Shown here one piece after another: positions 29,916 to 39,190 of a stretch of 64,000 nucleotides of DNA (its first letter is position 1; every line of letters starts with the position of its first letter). This stretch comes from Patescibacteria group bacterium (GTDB lineage: Bacteria > Patescibacteriota > UBA1384 > UBA12157 > JAENIV01), in the NCBI GenBank assembly GCA_041666185.1, contig JBAYHL010000001.1, forward strand, positions 69,073 to 133,072, read 5' to 3'. Position numbers and translations under genes: made by a program. Under the pieces are notes generated by a model. The model made no database searches, was not told where the DNA came from, and was given only the letters and a program-made list of their open reading frames with translations.

Positions 29916-31109
29916 ATGTACAACAAAACTCGAAATTTCCGCGGTGGAACAACTTTTCGACCTTCTCAAAATTATGGTCGTCGAAGAAATTTTTCAGGAA
30001 ACCAATCTACGGAAAAAATTGATATCTCAAGATTTATTAAGAAAGCAACTGAAAACAATGGCACAGAAAAAGAAGTAATAAAAAATTCTTTTGCTGATTT
30101 TAAATTTGTTCCAGAAATAGAGAAAAACTTAAAAGTAAAAAGCTATACTATTCCAACTCCTGTTCAAGACCAAACAATCGGACATATTTTAGAAGGTCGC
30201 GATATTATTGGACTCGCCAGCACCGGCACGGGTAAAACCGGGGCGTTTTTACTACCAATGATTAATAAGACTTTTAAAGATAGAAGCCAAAAAGTTTTAA
30301 TTATTGCCCCTACTCGTGAGTTAGCTTTTCAAATTGCTAATGAATTTCATTCATTTTCTTTCGAAATGAAGATTTTTTCCGCTCTTTGCGTTGGTGGAAT
30401 GCCAATATATAAACAAATTGCTAATTTGAAACGCCAACCACAATTTGTTATTGGCACACCTGGAAGACTAAAAGATCTACACAAACGTAATTTAATTAAT
30501 TATAGTCAATTTCAAAATATTATCCTTGACGAAGTTGATAGAATGCTTGATATGGGTTTTGTTAATGAAATCCGTGAGATTTTAGAACAATTTCCAAAAG
30601 TTAGACAATCATTATTTTTTTCGGCAACAATGCCACCAAAAATTCGAACTCTAACCGAAGAATTTTTACAAAACCCGATAACAGTATCTCTTAACATTGG
30701 CCAAACGGCCTGTAATGTTGATCAGGATATTGTCAGAGCGAGTGAAAGCGAAAAATTCGACAAGCTTCGAGAGATTTTATCTCAAAGTAACTTTGAAAAA
30801 GTTTTGATTTTCAGTGAAACCAAAAGAGGCGTTGAAAAGTTAACAACAAATTTAATAAGTAAGGGTTTTAAAGCTGAGTCTATCCATGGTGATAAACGCC
30901 AAGGACAAAGACAACGAGCACTAAATCAATTTAAAAACAATGAAGTCACTATTTTAGTCGCAACTGATGTCGCCGCTCGTGGTCTTGATATCAAAGATAT
31001 CTCTCATGTAATCAATTACACCATTCCTCAGACATACAATGATTACATTCATCGAATTGGTCGAACTGGCCGAGCAAACAGCAAAGGTGCTGCACTAACT
31101 TTTGTTTAA
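29916..31109 (+). CDS. DEAD-box ATP-dependent RNA helicase
   Basis: Q-motif, GTGKT, DEVD, SAT and HRIGRTGR motifs are all present. Confidence 0.9.
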   Translation: MYNKTRNFRGGTTFRPSQNYGRRRNFSGNQSTEKIDISRFIKKATENNGTEKEVIKNSFADFKFVPEIEKNLKVKSYTIPTPVQDQTIGHILEGRDIIGLASTGTGKTGAFLLPMINKTFKDRSQKVLIIAPTRELAFQIANEFHSFSFEMKIFSALCVGGMPIYKQIANLKRQPQFVIGTPGRLKDLHKRNLINYSQFQNIILDEVDRMLDMGFVNEIREILEQFPKVRQSLFFSATMPPKIRTLTEEFLQNPITVSLNIGQTACNVDQDIVRASESEKFDKLREILSQSNFEKVLIFSETKRGVEKLTTNLISKGFKAESIHGDKRQGQRQRALNQFKNNEVTILVATDVAARGLDIKDISHVINYTIPQTYNDYIHRIGRTGRANSKGAALTFV

Positions 31110-31252
31110 TTACAACTTAATATTGTCACTAATATAGAAAAACAGGCCTAAAATATTATTTTTTCAATATCCCAAGTCTGTTTTTTTATAATATTTATAA
31201 ATATAGTATAATCATATTGCTTAAATCTAGAACTAGAAATAGGAGAGCAGAA

Positions 31253-31627
31253 ATGGAAAAAGTTTTAGGTAAGAAGGTTGAAGAGCTGAAAAAAACTATT
31301 AACGATTCTCCTGATAACTTCAGTTTGTATAAAAAAGCATTAATTTGCTTAATTGATAATTCGGACAAATTAAGTAAAAATGTCTGCATTTTCACCAATG
31401 ATAGTGAAGTAATCAGAAAGTTCGTAGCTGCACATTCAGGAATGTATGTATCACAGCATAATCCAAATGGCCTTGAAGCATATTTGCGATCGGAAAATCT
31501 TACTGGCAGATTTGAATGTGAAATGGCTTTTGGTGGTCGCGAAGGTCGTCTCTATTGGAGTGTAAGCGGTAAACCGTTATCATGCCCTTACAAATTTGTC
31601 TCTTTTGCAGGCAACGACAACAAATAA
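31253..31627 (+). CDS. Hypothetical protein (124 aa)
   Basis: RBS AGGAGAG. A terminator follows. Confidence 0.45.
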   Translation: MEKVLGKKVEELKKTINDSPDNFSLYKKALICLIDNSDKLSKNVCIFTNDSEVIRKFVAAHSGMYVSQHNPNGLEAYLRSENLTGRFECEMAFGGREGRLYWSVSGKPLSCPYKFVSFAGNDNK

Positions 31628-31651
31628 AATCTATCTCGAACTTACTAAAAA

Positions 31652-31680
31652 CCCTCCGAGAAATCGGAGGATTTTGATTT
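31652..31680. terminator. Hairpin CCTCCGAGAAATCGGAGG plus U-tract; possibly bidirectional
   Basis: Read directly. Confidence 0.5.
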
Positions 31681-31696
31681 CCCGGCACCAACAGAA

Positions 31697-31966
31697 TTAA
31701 TACTTTTTTGTAAAACTTTTTCCATCCGGCGTTTTGCATTGTTCGGGATAGGTTTCTATTACTGGATACAATTTGGCACACTCTTCAAAATTTGTTACCG
31801 GCGCCGAGCCGGAAGGATTACCATGTTTTACCCAATTACCATTTTCATCTTTAATCCAAGTATCTTCACTACCACGTAAACAAATCAGAAGTGCGAAAAA
31901 CACAATAAAAAATACGATGCCAATAATTATTTTTTTGGATTTTTTAGATTTAATTCCTTCTTCCAC
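31697..31966 (-). CDS. Small secreted/membrane-anchored hypothetical protein
   Basis: ORF with a signal anchor. Confidence 0.35.
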   Translation of the reverse strand: MEEGIKSKKSKKIIIGIVFFIVFFALLICLRGSEDTWIKDENGNWVKHGNPSGSAPVTNFEECAKLYPVIETYPEQCKTPDGKSFTKKY

Positions 31967-31967
31967 T

Positions 31968-32477
31968 CTATACCTTTTTTATGCGATATCTAATGACCGT
32001 CTTTTGGTTTTTTGCATCTGGTGATGTAAGGTACTCTTCTTCGTGATCACCAGCAATTTTATAACCTTGTTCTTTAATAAAATCGTGAAGTTTTTTTATT
32101 GTTGGTTCTTCTTCAGAGTATGGCCCTAAATGTAAAATCTCAGCATATTCACCACCTTGCCAAACAACAATTTTGACTGGAATTTTTGGATCTTTTTGAA
32201 TTATATCCTTTTCAGTTACATAGTTCGGCACCACTACACCCCAAATACCAGTCCATTTATCTTTTGGTTTTAAGTGAGCATCTGGCCAAAGAGCAGATAA
32301 TTTCCCAAGTTCCATTTTTATTCCCTTTGGTTTATAAACTTTCATTTTGGCATAGTAAGCCGCGCCATATAAAGCTTTCATAAAAGGTTCTGTTACTTTA
32401 TTTGGATCACCAATCGAGGTAACCGTGAGCACTTTTCGATCATTTAATTTTGTTATTTCCGGTATAAACGCTTTCAT
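31968..32477 (-). CDS. GyrI-like small-molecule-binding domain protein
   Basis: Fold-typical length (169 aa) and sequence pattern. Confidence 0.5.
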   Translation of the reverse strand: MKAFIPEITKLNDRKVLTVTSIGDPNKVTEPFMKALYGAAYYAKMKVYKPKGIKMELGKLSALWPDAHLKPKDKWTGIWGVVVPNYVTEKDIIQKDPKIPVKIVVWQGGEYAEILHLGPYSEEEPTIKKLHDFIKEQGYKIAGDHEEEYLTSPDAKNQKTVIRYRIKKV

Positions 32478-32809
32478 AACATTCTCCTTATGATAAATGC
32501 TTTTAAATTTAATTGATATAATTTTTCTTTAATAGTCCCATCTAAGTAGTTAAATTGGTCTTAAAAAATCAAGTGGGAGATCGCATATCTTGTCCACGGA
32601 CAAGATAGATATAGATCCTATGCCCCGGAGGCCATCCTCAAAGGGTCCCTTAGTAAAAAATGTTAGCCCAATTTAAAAACTCGATGAGACTACTTTTATT
32701 ATAACAAAATTATTGGCTTTCTAAAGTAAGAAAAATTAATTAAGTTAACAAAAAAAATACCAGAGAGTATTGATTTTAAGGCCAGAATAGCTTACGATGT
32801 TTCTATAAA

Positions 32810-33349
32810 ATGATCAGACTAACATCTGGTCTTTTTTTGAACACTATAATTTTTACAGTTAAGAAAGGGGTGAGAACAATAGGACGAACAGCTGTGTTAA
32901 TCAAACCTGCAGGAATGGACGCGGAGGGTCGTTTAGAAGAGATCAACGGGATGATAATGCGAACATGTCGGAGAAATCACCTTAGAATCGTTTGGGTGGC
33001 CGACGTCACGCTTACTCATGAAGATGCTCTCGAATTCTACGGCGTACATGAAGGAAAATGGTTCCAATTGCCAATGTCAGAACAAATCGAAGGACATTGT
33101 CTTCGCGCCTTCGAGATAGAGGGTAAATTCGCGCCAAGAATTATGCGGCGGCTAATTGGCCCAACTAATCCGGTTGTGGCAGCAATAAAGGCGCCGGGTA
33201 CCATTCGCGGTCAGTTCGCCGAAGGTGATATGGTTGCGTTTGCCAAGCAAAAGAAAGTAGTGGATAACTGTATCCACGGCTCAAAAAACAGCCAAGAGGC
33301 AATTCGTGAAATCGAAATCCTTAAGCGATCACGGATTCGACCACAGTAA
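32810..33349 (+). CDS. ndk: Nucleoside diphosphate kinase (start codon uncertain; possible N-terminal extension)
   Basis: GRTAVLIKPAG, GPTNP and NxIHGS motifs are present. GC is higher than the flanks. A terminator follows. Confidence 0.75.
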   Translation: MIRLTSGLFLNTIIFTVKKGVRTIGRTAVLIKPAGMDAEGRLEEINGMIMRTCRRNHLRIVWVADVTLTHEDALEFYGVHEGKWFQLPMSEQIEGHCLRAFEIEGKFAPRIMRRLIGPTNPVVAAIKAPGTIRGQFAEGDMVAFAKQKKVVDNCIHGSKNSQEAIREIEILKRSRIRPQ

Positions 33350-33371
33350 AACTACACACAAGTAACCATTG

Positions 33372-33407
33372 GTTCGTAGACATCTCTAGTCTACGAACTT
33401 TTTTTTA
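33372..33407 (+). terminator. Rho-independent terminator after ndk
   Basis: GTTCGTAGACATCTCTAGTCTACGAAC followed by TTTTTTTT. Confidence 0.65.
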
Positions 33408-33530
33408 ATTAAGACGAATAGCTTTTTTTGGCAGTCAATCGTGGACAATACCATTGGCTACAAACTAAGTCGAATAGTTCAGACTATTATAATTAATTAT
33501 GGAGAAAAAATTTATATTCCAAATTTAATT

Positions 33531-34499
33531 TCACCCCAAAATTAAATTAAATAAATAACCTGTAAATATAATTCCAAGTCCCACAATAACCGCAAAGATT
33601 AAAACTAGCTTTGGCTTCATCACTTTTTTAAGAATTAAAAATTCAGGTAACGACAAACCAGTGATAGCCATCATAAAGGCAAGTGCTGTGCCTACTGCTA
33701 CACCTTTTTCTGTAAGTGCACTAATAAGAGGAATAACGCCAGCTGCATTAGAATATAGTGGAATACCGATAAGCGTAGCCAAAGGAACTGCATACCACTT
33801 ATCACTTCCTGCATAACGAGCCAAAAAGTCAGTTGGAACATAACCGTGAATGAACGCTCCGATAGCAATACCAACTAAGATATATGGATATACTTTCTTT
33901 ATAATGTCTAAAGTGTAAAATTTAGCATATTTGGCACGTTCTCTAAGAGTTTTCTCTTGTTCATTGAGTTTCGTGCTGATTTTATGCTCATAGACAAATT
34001 TTTCAACCAAACTTTCCACTTTGAGTTTGCCAATAATTAAGCCTGAGATAATAGCGATTAAAAGACCACTTGCGATATAAATTAGGGCAATTTTTAAGCC
34101 AAACATACCAGCGAGCAAGACCAATGCGACTTCATTTATCATCGGTGAAGCAATGAGAAAAGAAAAAGTTATTCCAAGTGGAATGCCAGCTTCAACAAAA
34201 CCCAAAAACAACGGAATGGCACTGCAAGTGCAAAACGGAGTTACTATTCCTAACAAAGATGCTAAAATATTTCCAGTAAATTGATGCTTACGAGATAAAA
34301 TACTTCTTATTCTTTCAGGTGATAAATAAGTTCTGATAAAGCTAACGATAAAAATAATAACAACTAATAAAATTAAAATTTTGATTGTGTCAAAAATAAA
34401 GAAATTTATCGCTTCAGCAAGTAAAGTGCTGTGTCCAATTTTTAAAACATTAAAAGTAAGCCAGTCAGCAAATAATTTTACAGGATAAAAAATATCCAT
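33531..34499 (-). CDS. COG0701-type permease, ArsP-like (TPFCTCS motif)
   Basis: Polytopic membrane protein. The TPFCTCS motif resembles the TPFCSCS motif of organoarsenical permeases. Confidence 0.6.
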   Translation of the reverse strand: MDIFYPVKLFADWLTFNVLKIGHSTLLAEAINFFIFDTIKILILLVVIIFIVSFIRTYLSPERIRSILSRKHQFTGNILASLLGIVTPFCTCSAIPLFLGFVEAGIPLGITFSFLIASPMINEVALVLLAGMFGLKIALIYIASGLLIAIISGLIIGKLKVESLVEKFVYEHKISTKLNEQEKTLRERAKYAKFYTLDIIKKVYPYILVGIAIGAFIHGYVPTDFLARYAGSDKWYAVPLATLIGIPLYSNAAGVIPLISALTEKGVAVGTALAFMMAITGLSLPEFLILKKVMKPKLVLIFAVIVGLGIIFTGYLFNLILG

Positions 34500-34748
34500 C
34501 TAACTCTCCTTTATACTGCTTTTTATCACTTTTTTAATTTCTTCCAGTTTTGGAATAGAACCTACAATCACTGGCTTTTCATTAATTGCCAAAACGGGCA
34601 TTCTCATCCATCCAGTTTCGATAATTTTTTGGATATCAACAATATATTCAACTTCGGAATCGATTTTGAGGTCTTTTGCAGCCTGTTTTGTCAACTCATA
34701 AAGAGTTTTACACGAACAACATCCTGAACCAAATACCTGAATCTTCAT
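34500..34748 (-). CDS. Thioredoxin-fold small redox protein (GSGCCSC)
   Basis: 82-aa protein with a CxxC context. Confidence 0.55.
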   Translation of the reverse strand: MKIQVFGSGCCSCKTLYELTKQAAKDLKIDSEVEYIVDIQKIIETGWMRMPVLAINEKPVIVGSIPKLEEIKKVIKSSIKES

Positions 34749-35017
34749 TTTACTCCTCCTGTTATTTTTATGAGTTTGTTAAGTTGTGAATCCATTAGTT
34801 TTTTATTAAGTTTATAAAATATTTTTTGACCATCTCGACGGTCAAATAACACTTTGTTATCTTTAAGAACTTTAAGATGGTGAGATATTAAATTTTGAGG
34901 CAAATCAAATTCCTTTTGGATTTCACAAACACATCTTTCACCATTTTTAAGAAAGACTATAATTCTAAACCTGTTATCGTCTGCAATCGCTTTTAAAAAC
35001 TCTAAGCTATTATTCAT
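34745..35017 (-). CDS. arsR: ArsR/SmtB-family metalloregulator
   Basis: HTH with a CVCE metal-binding site. Confidence 0.7.
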   Translation of the reverse strand: MNNSLEFLKAIADDNRFRIIVFLKNGERCVCEIQKEFDLPQNLISHHLKVLKDNKVLFDRRDGQKIFYKLNKKLMDSQLNKLIKITGGVK

Positions 35018-35191
35018 AATATCAATTTATATTGATATATCTATCTTATTGAGAAACTAATATTTTGTCAAATAAAAATAGGTTACACCCCAACAGGATT
35101 AAAACATATATTTTCTTTGAAAATTCCGCGAAAGGTGTAACTTCCCTATTTTCTTCTGTAATAATATTTTCTAAATTTTACTAACAAGTTT

Positions 35192-35240
35192 GGCAGCGCC
35201 GACGGGAGTTATGAACAGCTCGGAAACCCACGGTTTTCCA
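35192..35240 (+). repeat. 49-bp direct repeat copy 1 (tRNA-Glu 3'-end-like: reverse complement ends ...CCCGTCGGCGCTGCCA)
   Basis: It is identical to 35720-35768 except for one mismatch. It shares 14 nt with the tRNA-Glu acceptor end. Confidence 0.55.
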
Positions 35241-35345
35241 ACCCCTCTTGAGTTTGAATTTCATATCGTCACCAATAACGTCACGTCATTATTGACTTTT
35301 AAAGAGAAGGGTGTTACAAATAGTTTATCAAAAGGGGGAATAAAG

Positions 35346-35651
35346 ATGTCAGAAAAAAGTATCCGAGATATTACTGAAGAATGGCTTGCTACCCAACCCC
35401 GCAGAGACGAGATTGATTTGAAGGGATACCTCGTACTAGTGTTTGGGATTAAAGATGACGATGGGAAAGAAATTAGCTGTGACACAGCAATCGATATAAT
35501 AACTAATGACTCCGAGCTGCGTCAATCTGCAATATCAAGCTTTAGACAGTATCTACTGAAAGCCGGAGTAGTGACATCCCAGGAATATCCTTTTGGAAAA
35601 GGGCAGGATAGCTATCCTTTGTATACCAACACAAATAACTTAAGAGTCTAG
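35346..35651 (+). CDS. Hypothetical protein (101 aa) inside 49-bp-repeat-bounded segment
   Basis: RBS AAAGGGGGAATAAAG. The ORF-track N-terminus reads through the repeat and I rejected it. Confidence 0.35.
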   Translation: MSEKSIRDITEEWLATQPRRDEIDLKGYLVLVFGIKDDDGKEISCDTAIDIITNDSELRQSAISSFRQYLLKAGVVTSQEYPFGKGQDSYPLYTNTNNLRV

Positions 35652-35664
35652 ACTTATGTCCAAC

Positions 35665-35719
35665 AGCCCGCTGCTCGCGGGCTTTTTTTAATACAAAAAA
35701 AACAGGATTTCAACCTGTT
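35665..35719. terminator. Convergent terminator pair (AGCCCGCTGCTCGCGGGCT-T7 on +; AACAGGTTGAAATCCTGTT-T8 on -)
   Basis: Read directly. Confidence 0.55.
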
Positions 35720-35768
35720 ATTTTTGCTGGCAGCGCCGACGGGAGTTACGAACAGCTCGGAAACCCAC
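35720..35768 (+). repeat. 49-bp direct repeat copy 2
   Basis: See copy 1. Confidence 0.55.
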
Positions 35769-35906
35769 GGTTTTCCGACGTCCGAGAAGTATCTCGGACT
35801 GCCTTCCTCTACGGGAAACCTCTGGTTTCCCGACCCCTTCCTGGTTCGAATCCCAACTATTAGAACTGAAAAAGAGAGGCAATCATAAATGATTATCTCT
35901 CTTTTT

Positions 35907-35980
35907 CAGCGCCGACGGGATTCGAACCCGTGATCTTCTGCATGAAAAGCAGATATCCTAGGCCTCTAGACGACGGCGCC
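35907..35980 (-). tRNA. tRNA-Glu (anticodon TTC)
   Basis: Cloverleaf read by hand. The acceptor is GGCGCCG/CGGCGCT, the D-arm GTCTAGAGGCCTAGGAT, the anticodon loop TTTTCAT and the T-arm GGGTTCGAATCCC. CCA is not encoded. Confidence 0.8.
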
Positions 35981-36039
35981 ACAAACACACCGATAAATGT
36001 ACTAATAGCACCAGCTAAAAACAAAATTTCGATGGCGCT

Positions 36040-36079
36040 CTCGGCCGCGGAAATTTCTGACGAAATTATAGGCCTCTAG
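36040..36079 (+). repeat. Dispersed palindromic repeat element copy A (TCGGCCGCGGAAATTTCTGACGAAATTATAGGCCTC)
   Basis: It shares CGGCCGCGGAAATTTCTGAC plus (G)AATTATA with 43750-43792 and, as a reverse-complement tandem, with 40658-40729. Confidence 0.6.
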
Positions 36080-36120
36080 CCCGCTAACCGCGGGTCCACG
36101 TCTAGTGGAACGACGGCGCC
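36071..36120 (-). pseudogene. tRNA-Glu 5'-fragment with a 30-nt insertion in the D-arm (pseudo-tRNA)
   Basis: The reverse complement GGCGCCGTCGT[TCCACTAGACGTGGACCCGCGGTTAGCGGG]CTAGAGGCC matches tRNA-Glu positions 1-11 and the D-loop. There is no anticodon or T-arm. Confidence 0.5.
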
Positions 36121-36221
36121 ACAAAAATATCATATCATAAAAATACACTCTTGTCCAGAATGAATAACATGGCAACAAAAATGTTATAATGTTTATGTAT
36201 ATAAAAATATAAAGGAGGAAA

Positions 36222-36902
36222 ATGAAAAAATTTATTTGGACTATTGGCCTTTTGTTAATTTTATTGCCAATCACAAGCTTTGCTGCCAACCAAGACACAG
36301 GACAAAACAATGGACAAACTAGCCAACCATCATCTAGCCCCTCATCAACTCAAAATCAAAACACAACTCAAACCAATAACCCCGAAACTGGCGTGATGAC
36401 ACAAGAACAAACAAATACCCAACTCCAAAGTGAACTGCAAGAAAGTATGCCAAGTTATAGCCCTAAGGGCCAATTTAGCCAAGAACGAATGAGCCAAATC
36501 TCTCTAACGTTAGAAAGTATGGTCATGCTTTCTAACCGATTAGAAAATTCAAATATAAAAGAACAAATTAACTCAATCGCCCACAACCAAGCAAATTCAG
36601 AAGACATGGTCAACCAATCATTAGATAAAGCAGAATCCAGAAGTAAAGTTGCTAAATTCTTTGTTGGACCAAATTACAAAGAATTAAAAAATGTAAAACA
36701 AGAGATAGAACAAAATCGTTTAAGAATCGAAGAACTTAATCGTATTATGTCACAAATAACCAATCAAACAGATAAAACCGAGCTACAAAATCAAATTCAA
36801 ATACTTGAAATACAAAATACCAGTCTAGAGGAAGAATTAGATATTGATATTCAAGGCTTTTCTCTATTTGGATGGCTTTCGAAATCAATAAATAAATATT
36901 AA
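36222..36902 (+). CDS. Secreted Q/N/S/T-rich coiled-coil protein (hypothetical)
   Basis: Signal peptide followed by low-complexity polar repeats. Confidence 0.45.
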   Translation: MKKFIWTIGLLLILLPITSFAANQDTGQNNGQTSQPSSSPSSTQNQNTTQTNNPETGVMTQEQTNTQLQSELQESMPSYSPKGQFSQERMSQISLTLESMVMLSNRLENSNIKEQINSIAHNQANSEDMVNQSLDKAESRSKVAKFFVGPNYKELKNVKQEIEQNRLRIEELNRIMSQITNQTDKTELQNQIQILEIQNTSLEEELDIDIQGFSLFGWLSKSINKY

Positions 36903-36959
36903 ACCGCTAATTAATTTGCATCAAAGTTTCATCCAATATTAATCTGTTATAATAAATTT

Positions 36960-37607
36960 ATGATAGCTCTTTTAGCTAAAATTTTACCTTTGCAATTAGC
37001 AGCAACTTTAAGTCCGGGCATTTTTGCCTTAACAATTATTTTATTTACTAAAAAAAATCATGCCATTGGTCGCGTCCTAGCGCTCTTACTGGGCTCTATT
37101 TTTGTAGCCATCTTTTTAGGTTTTTTAGGCTTAAAAACAGGTCAAAGCATTACTGCTTTTAGCACTCACGGTAAAATATCTGTTATCATTGATTTTGCTT
37201 TAGCAATTTTATTTCTCTATTTTGGTATTAAAGGACTAGTAAAACCAGATCGAGAAAAAAAAGAATCTCTCGGAGAAAATCCTGCTAGACAGCTTGGTAA
37301 ATGGTTTATTGTCGGTTTAATTATAAGTATTACTAATTTTGACGCTGTTTTACTAAATTTTGCTGCCGCTAAAGAAATTGGCGCATCAGGAATTATTTTA
37401 TTCGATAAAATTATTTTACTTTTTGTTGGTATCTTATTTTTTGTTTTACCCATTTTAATACCACTTTTTTTCTACCTAATCTTACCGTCACTCGCCCAAA
37501 AGGTTTTAACACCAATTAATAAATTTTTAGTAAAATTTGGTCGCCTACTGGTTTCAATAATCTTTATTATATTTGCTATTTACTTAATCTACAAAGGATT
37601 AAAATAA
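36960..37607 (+). CDS. Integral membrane protein (6 TM, hypothetical)
   Basis: Hydrophobicity pattern. Confidence 0.45.
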   Translation: MIALLAKILPLQLAATLSPGIFALTIILFTKKNHAIGRVLALLLGSIFVAIFLGFLGLKTGQSITAFSTHGKISVIIDFALAILFLYFGIKGLVKPDREKKESLGENPARQLGKWFIVGLIISITNFDAVLLNFAAAKEIGASGIILFDKIILLFVGILFFVLPILIPLFFYLILPSLAQKVLTPINKFLVKFGRLLVSIIFIIFAIYLIYKGLK

Positions 37608-37635
37608 TAGAATAACCTTAGCAAGGAGAAAATAA

Positions 37636-38409
37636 ATGGAAGAAAAAACAACTGATAAAACTCCCGAAAAACCCAAAAAATCTAAATGGTTACTTTGGAC
37701 TTGTGGATCTTGCGGTTGCCTGGTAATTATCATTATGGTCGCTTTATTTTCCCTTAGATCATTTACCGGTTTTAATATAGGAAAATTTTTTGATAACAGT
37801 CAAAACAATGGTTCTAATTTAGATGAAGAAGACAAAGAGATGACCAAATCGGAACTTATTGATTATTTCGTAGGAGAAACCACTGTTTATCCAGGTTTTG
37901 ATAAATCAATAAAAGTAATGAAATGGGAGAAACCTGTTGTAACTATTTCAGTCGCTGACACACCGCCAGAAGGAGGTATTAAAGCTATTGACGATTTTAT
38001 AAATAAATTTAATAACAATAGCACAAAAACAAAGCTACAACGCATCGAAAGTGACGGAGATATTAAAATTTATTTTCAAGTTTCAACTGATGGTGCCGCT
38101 GGTCGTTCTGGACCAAGTTCGGGGGCAGATTATATTATTGACCATGCAAATATTAAGCTTTCGGAAGAAGCAGCCATGTTCGATCAATCTTTAAGTTCAG
38201 TTCTGTCACATGAAATATTTCACGCACTTGGTTTCACTGGTCACTATCAAGGTAGTGCTTGCCGATTAATGTCACCAACAGTATGTGGTTCTCGTTTAAC
38301 GATTAATGAAGAAAGATTAATCCAAATGCTTTATAGTACCGATATGCCAGACGGTATTAACGAATCCGAGATTAGATCTTTTTTACAAAACTGGAGTCCA
38401 AATAATTAA
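37636..38409 (+). CDS. Membrane-anchored metzincin-like zinc metalloprotease (HEIFHALGFTGH)
   Basis: HExxHxxGxxH motif and an N-terminal TM helix. Confidence 0.6.
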   Translation: MEEKTTDKTPEKPKKSKWLLWTCGSCGCLVIIIMVALFSLRSFTGFNIGKFFDNSQNNGSNLDEEDKEMTKSELIDYFVGETTVYPGFDKSIKVMKWEKPVVTISVADTPPEGGIKAIDDFINKFNNNSTKTKLQRIESDGDIKIYFQVSTDGAAGRSGPSSGADYIIDHANIKLSEEAAMFDQSLSSVLSHEIFHALGFTGHYQGSACRLMSPTVCGSRLTINEERLIQMLYSTDMPDGINESEIRSFLQNWSPNN

Positions 38410-38463
38410 AAACTATATATTCTCTTTTCGTTAACACCTTAATATGGTATAATTTAAAACGAA

Positions 38464-39183
38464 ATGATATTTCTAATTATTTTAGCAACAATTTTTAGCA
38501 CTTTTTTGGGAGGCTTATTTGCTATTCGTTTTCGCGATAAGCTTCATCTAATTTTAGGATTCAGTGCTGGCGCAGTTATTGGTGTCGCCCTTTTTGATTT
38601 ATTGCCAGAATCAATGGAAATGGCGACACAGGCCTATGATGCTAAATTAGTTACTTTATTTATTGCAATTGGATTCGTCGCTTATATGATTTTTGATCGA
38701 TTTTTGTCACTTCATTGTCATGGCGAAAATGAATGCGGGAATCCGAATCACCGCGGAAAACTTGGTGCGGCCACTTTATCGATTCATAGTTTACTTGATG
38801 GATTAGGAATCGGTTTGGCTTTTAAAGTTTCACCGGCTGTTGGCTGGGTTGTTGCCGCCGCTGTTTTGACACACGATTTTTCTGATGGCATTAATACTGT
38901 TAATATGATTTTAAAAAACCATGGCGGGCATCGCCAAGCATTAAAATGGTTAATAACGGATGCTTTAGCTCCTGCCGCAGGTATCGCTCTAACACTTTTT
39001 TTTACCGTTTCCGAACCAGTTTTAGGTCTTATCTTGGCAGTATTTACCGGTCTATTTCTTTACCTTAGTGCCAGTGATTTAATTCCCGAAAGCCACCATC
39101 ATCACCCAACTGCTTGGACTACGCTTATGACTATTTTGGGAATCACGGTTCTTTATTTAGTAATTAATTTTGCTGGACTATAA
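38464..39183 (+). CDS. zupT: ZIP-family zinc transporter (ZupT-like)
   Basis: HSLLDGLGIGLAF and HDFSDG motifs. A TGgTATAAT extended -10 lies 11 nt upstream of the ATG, suggesting a leaderless transcript. Confidence 0.75.
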   Translation: MIFLIILATIFSTFLGGLFAIRFRDKLHLILGFSAGAVIGVALFDLLPESMEMATQAYDAKLVTLFIAIGFVAYMIFDRFLSLHCHGENECGNPNHRGKLGAATLSIHSLLDGLGIGLAFKVSPAVGWVVAAAVLTHDFSDGINTVNMILKNHGGHRQALKWLITDALAPAAGIALTLFFTVSEPVLGLILAVFTGLFLYLSASDLIPESHHHHPTAWTTLMTILGITVLYLVINFAGL

Positions 39184-39190
39184 TTAAAAA

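Noticed and set aside
35190-35345. N-terminal part of ORF 35190-35651
   Set aside because: It translates the 49-bp tRNA-like direct repeat. The real start with an RBS is at 35346.
35769-35980. tmRNA hypothesis for the tRNA-Glu plus structured downstream region ending in a ...GCTGCCA terminator
   Set aside because: The 5' part is a complete tRNA-Glu with an anticodon arm, and no resume-codon or tag ORF or pseudoknots are recognisable. It is better explained by att-site duplication.
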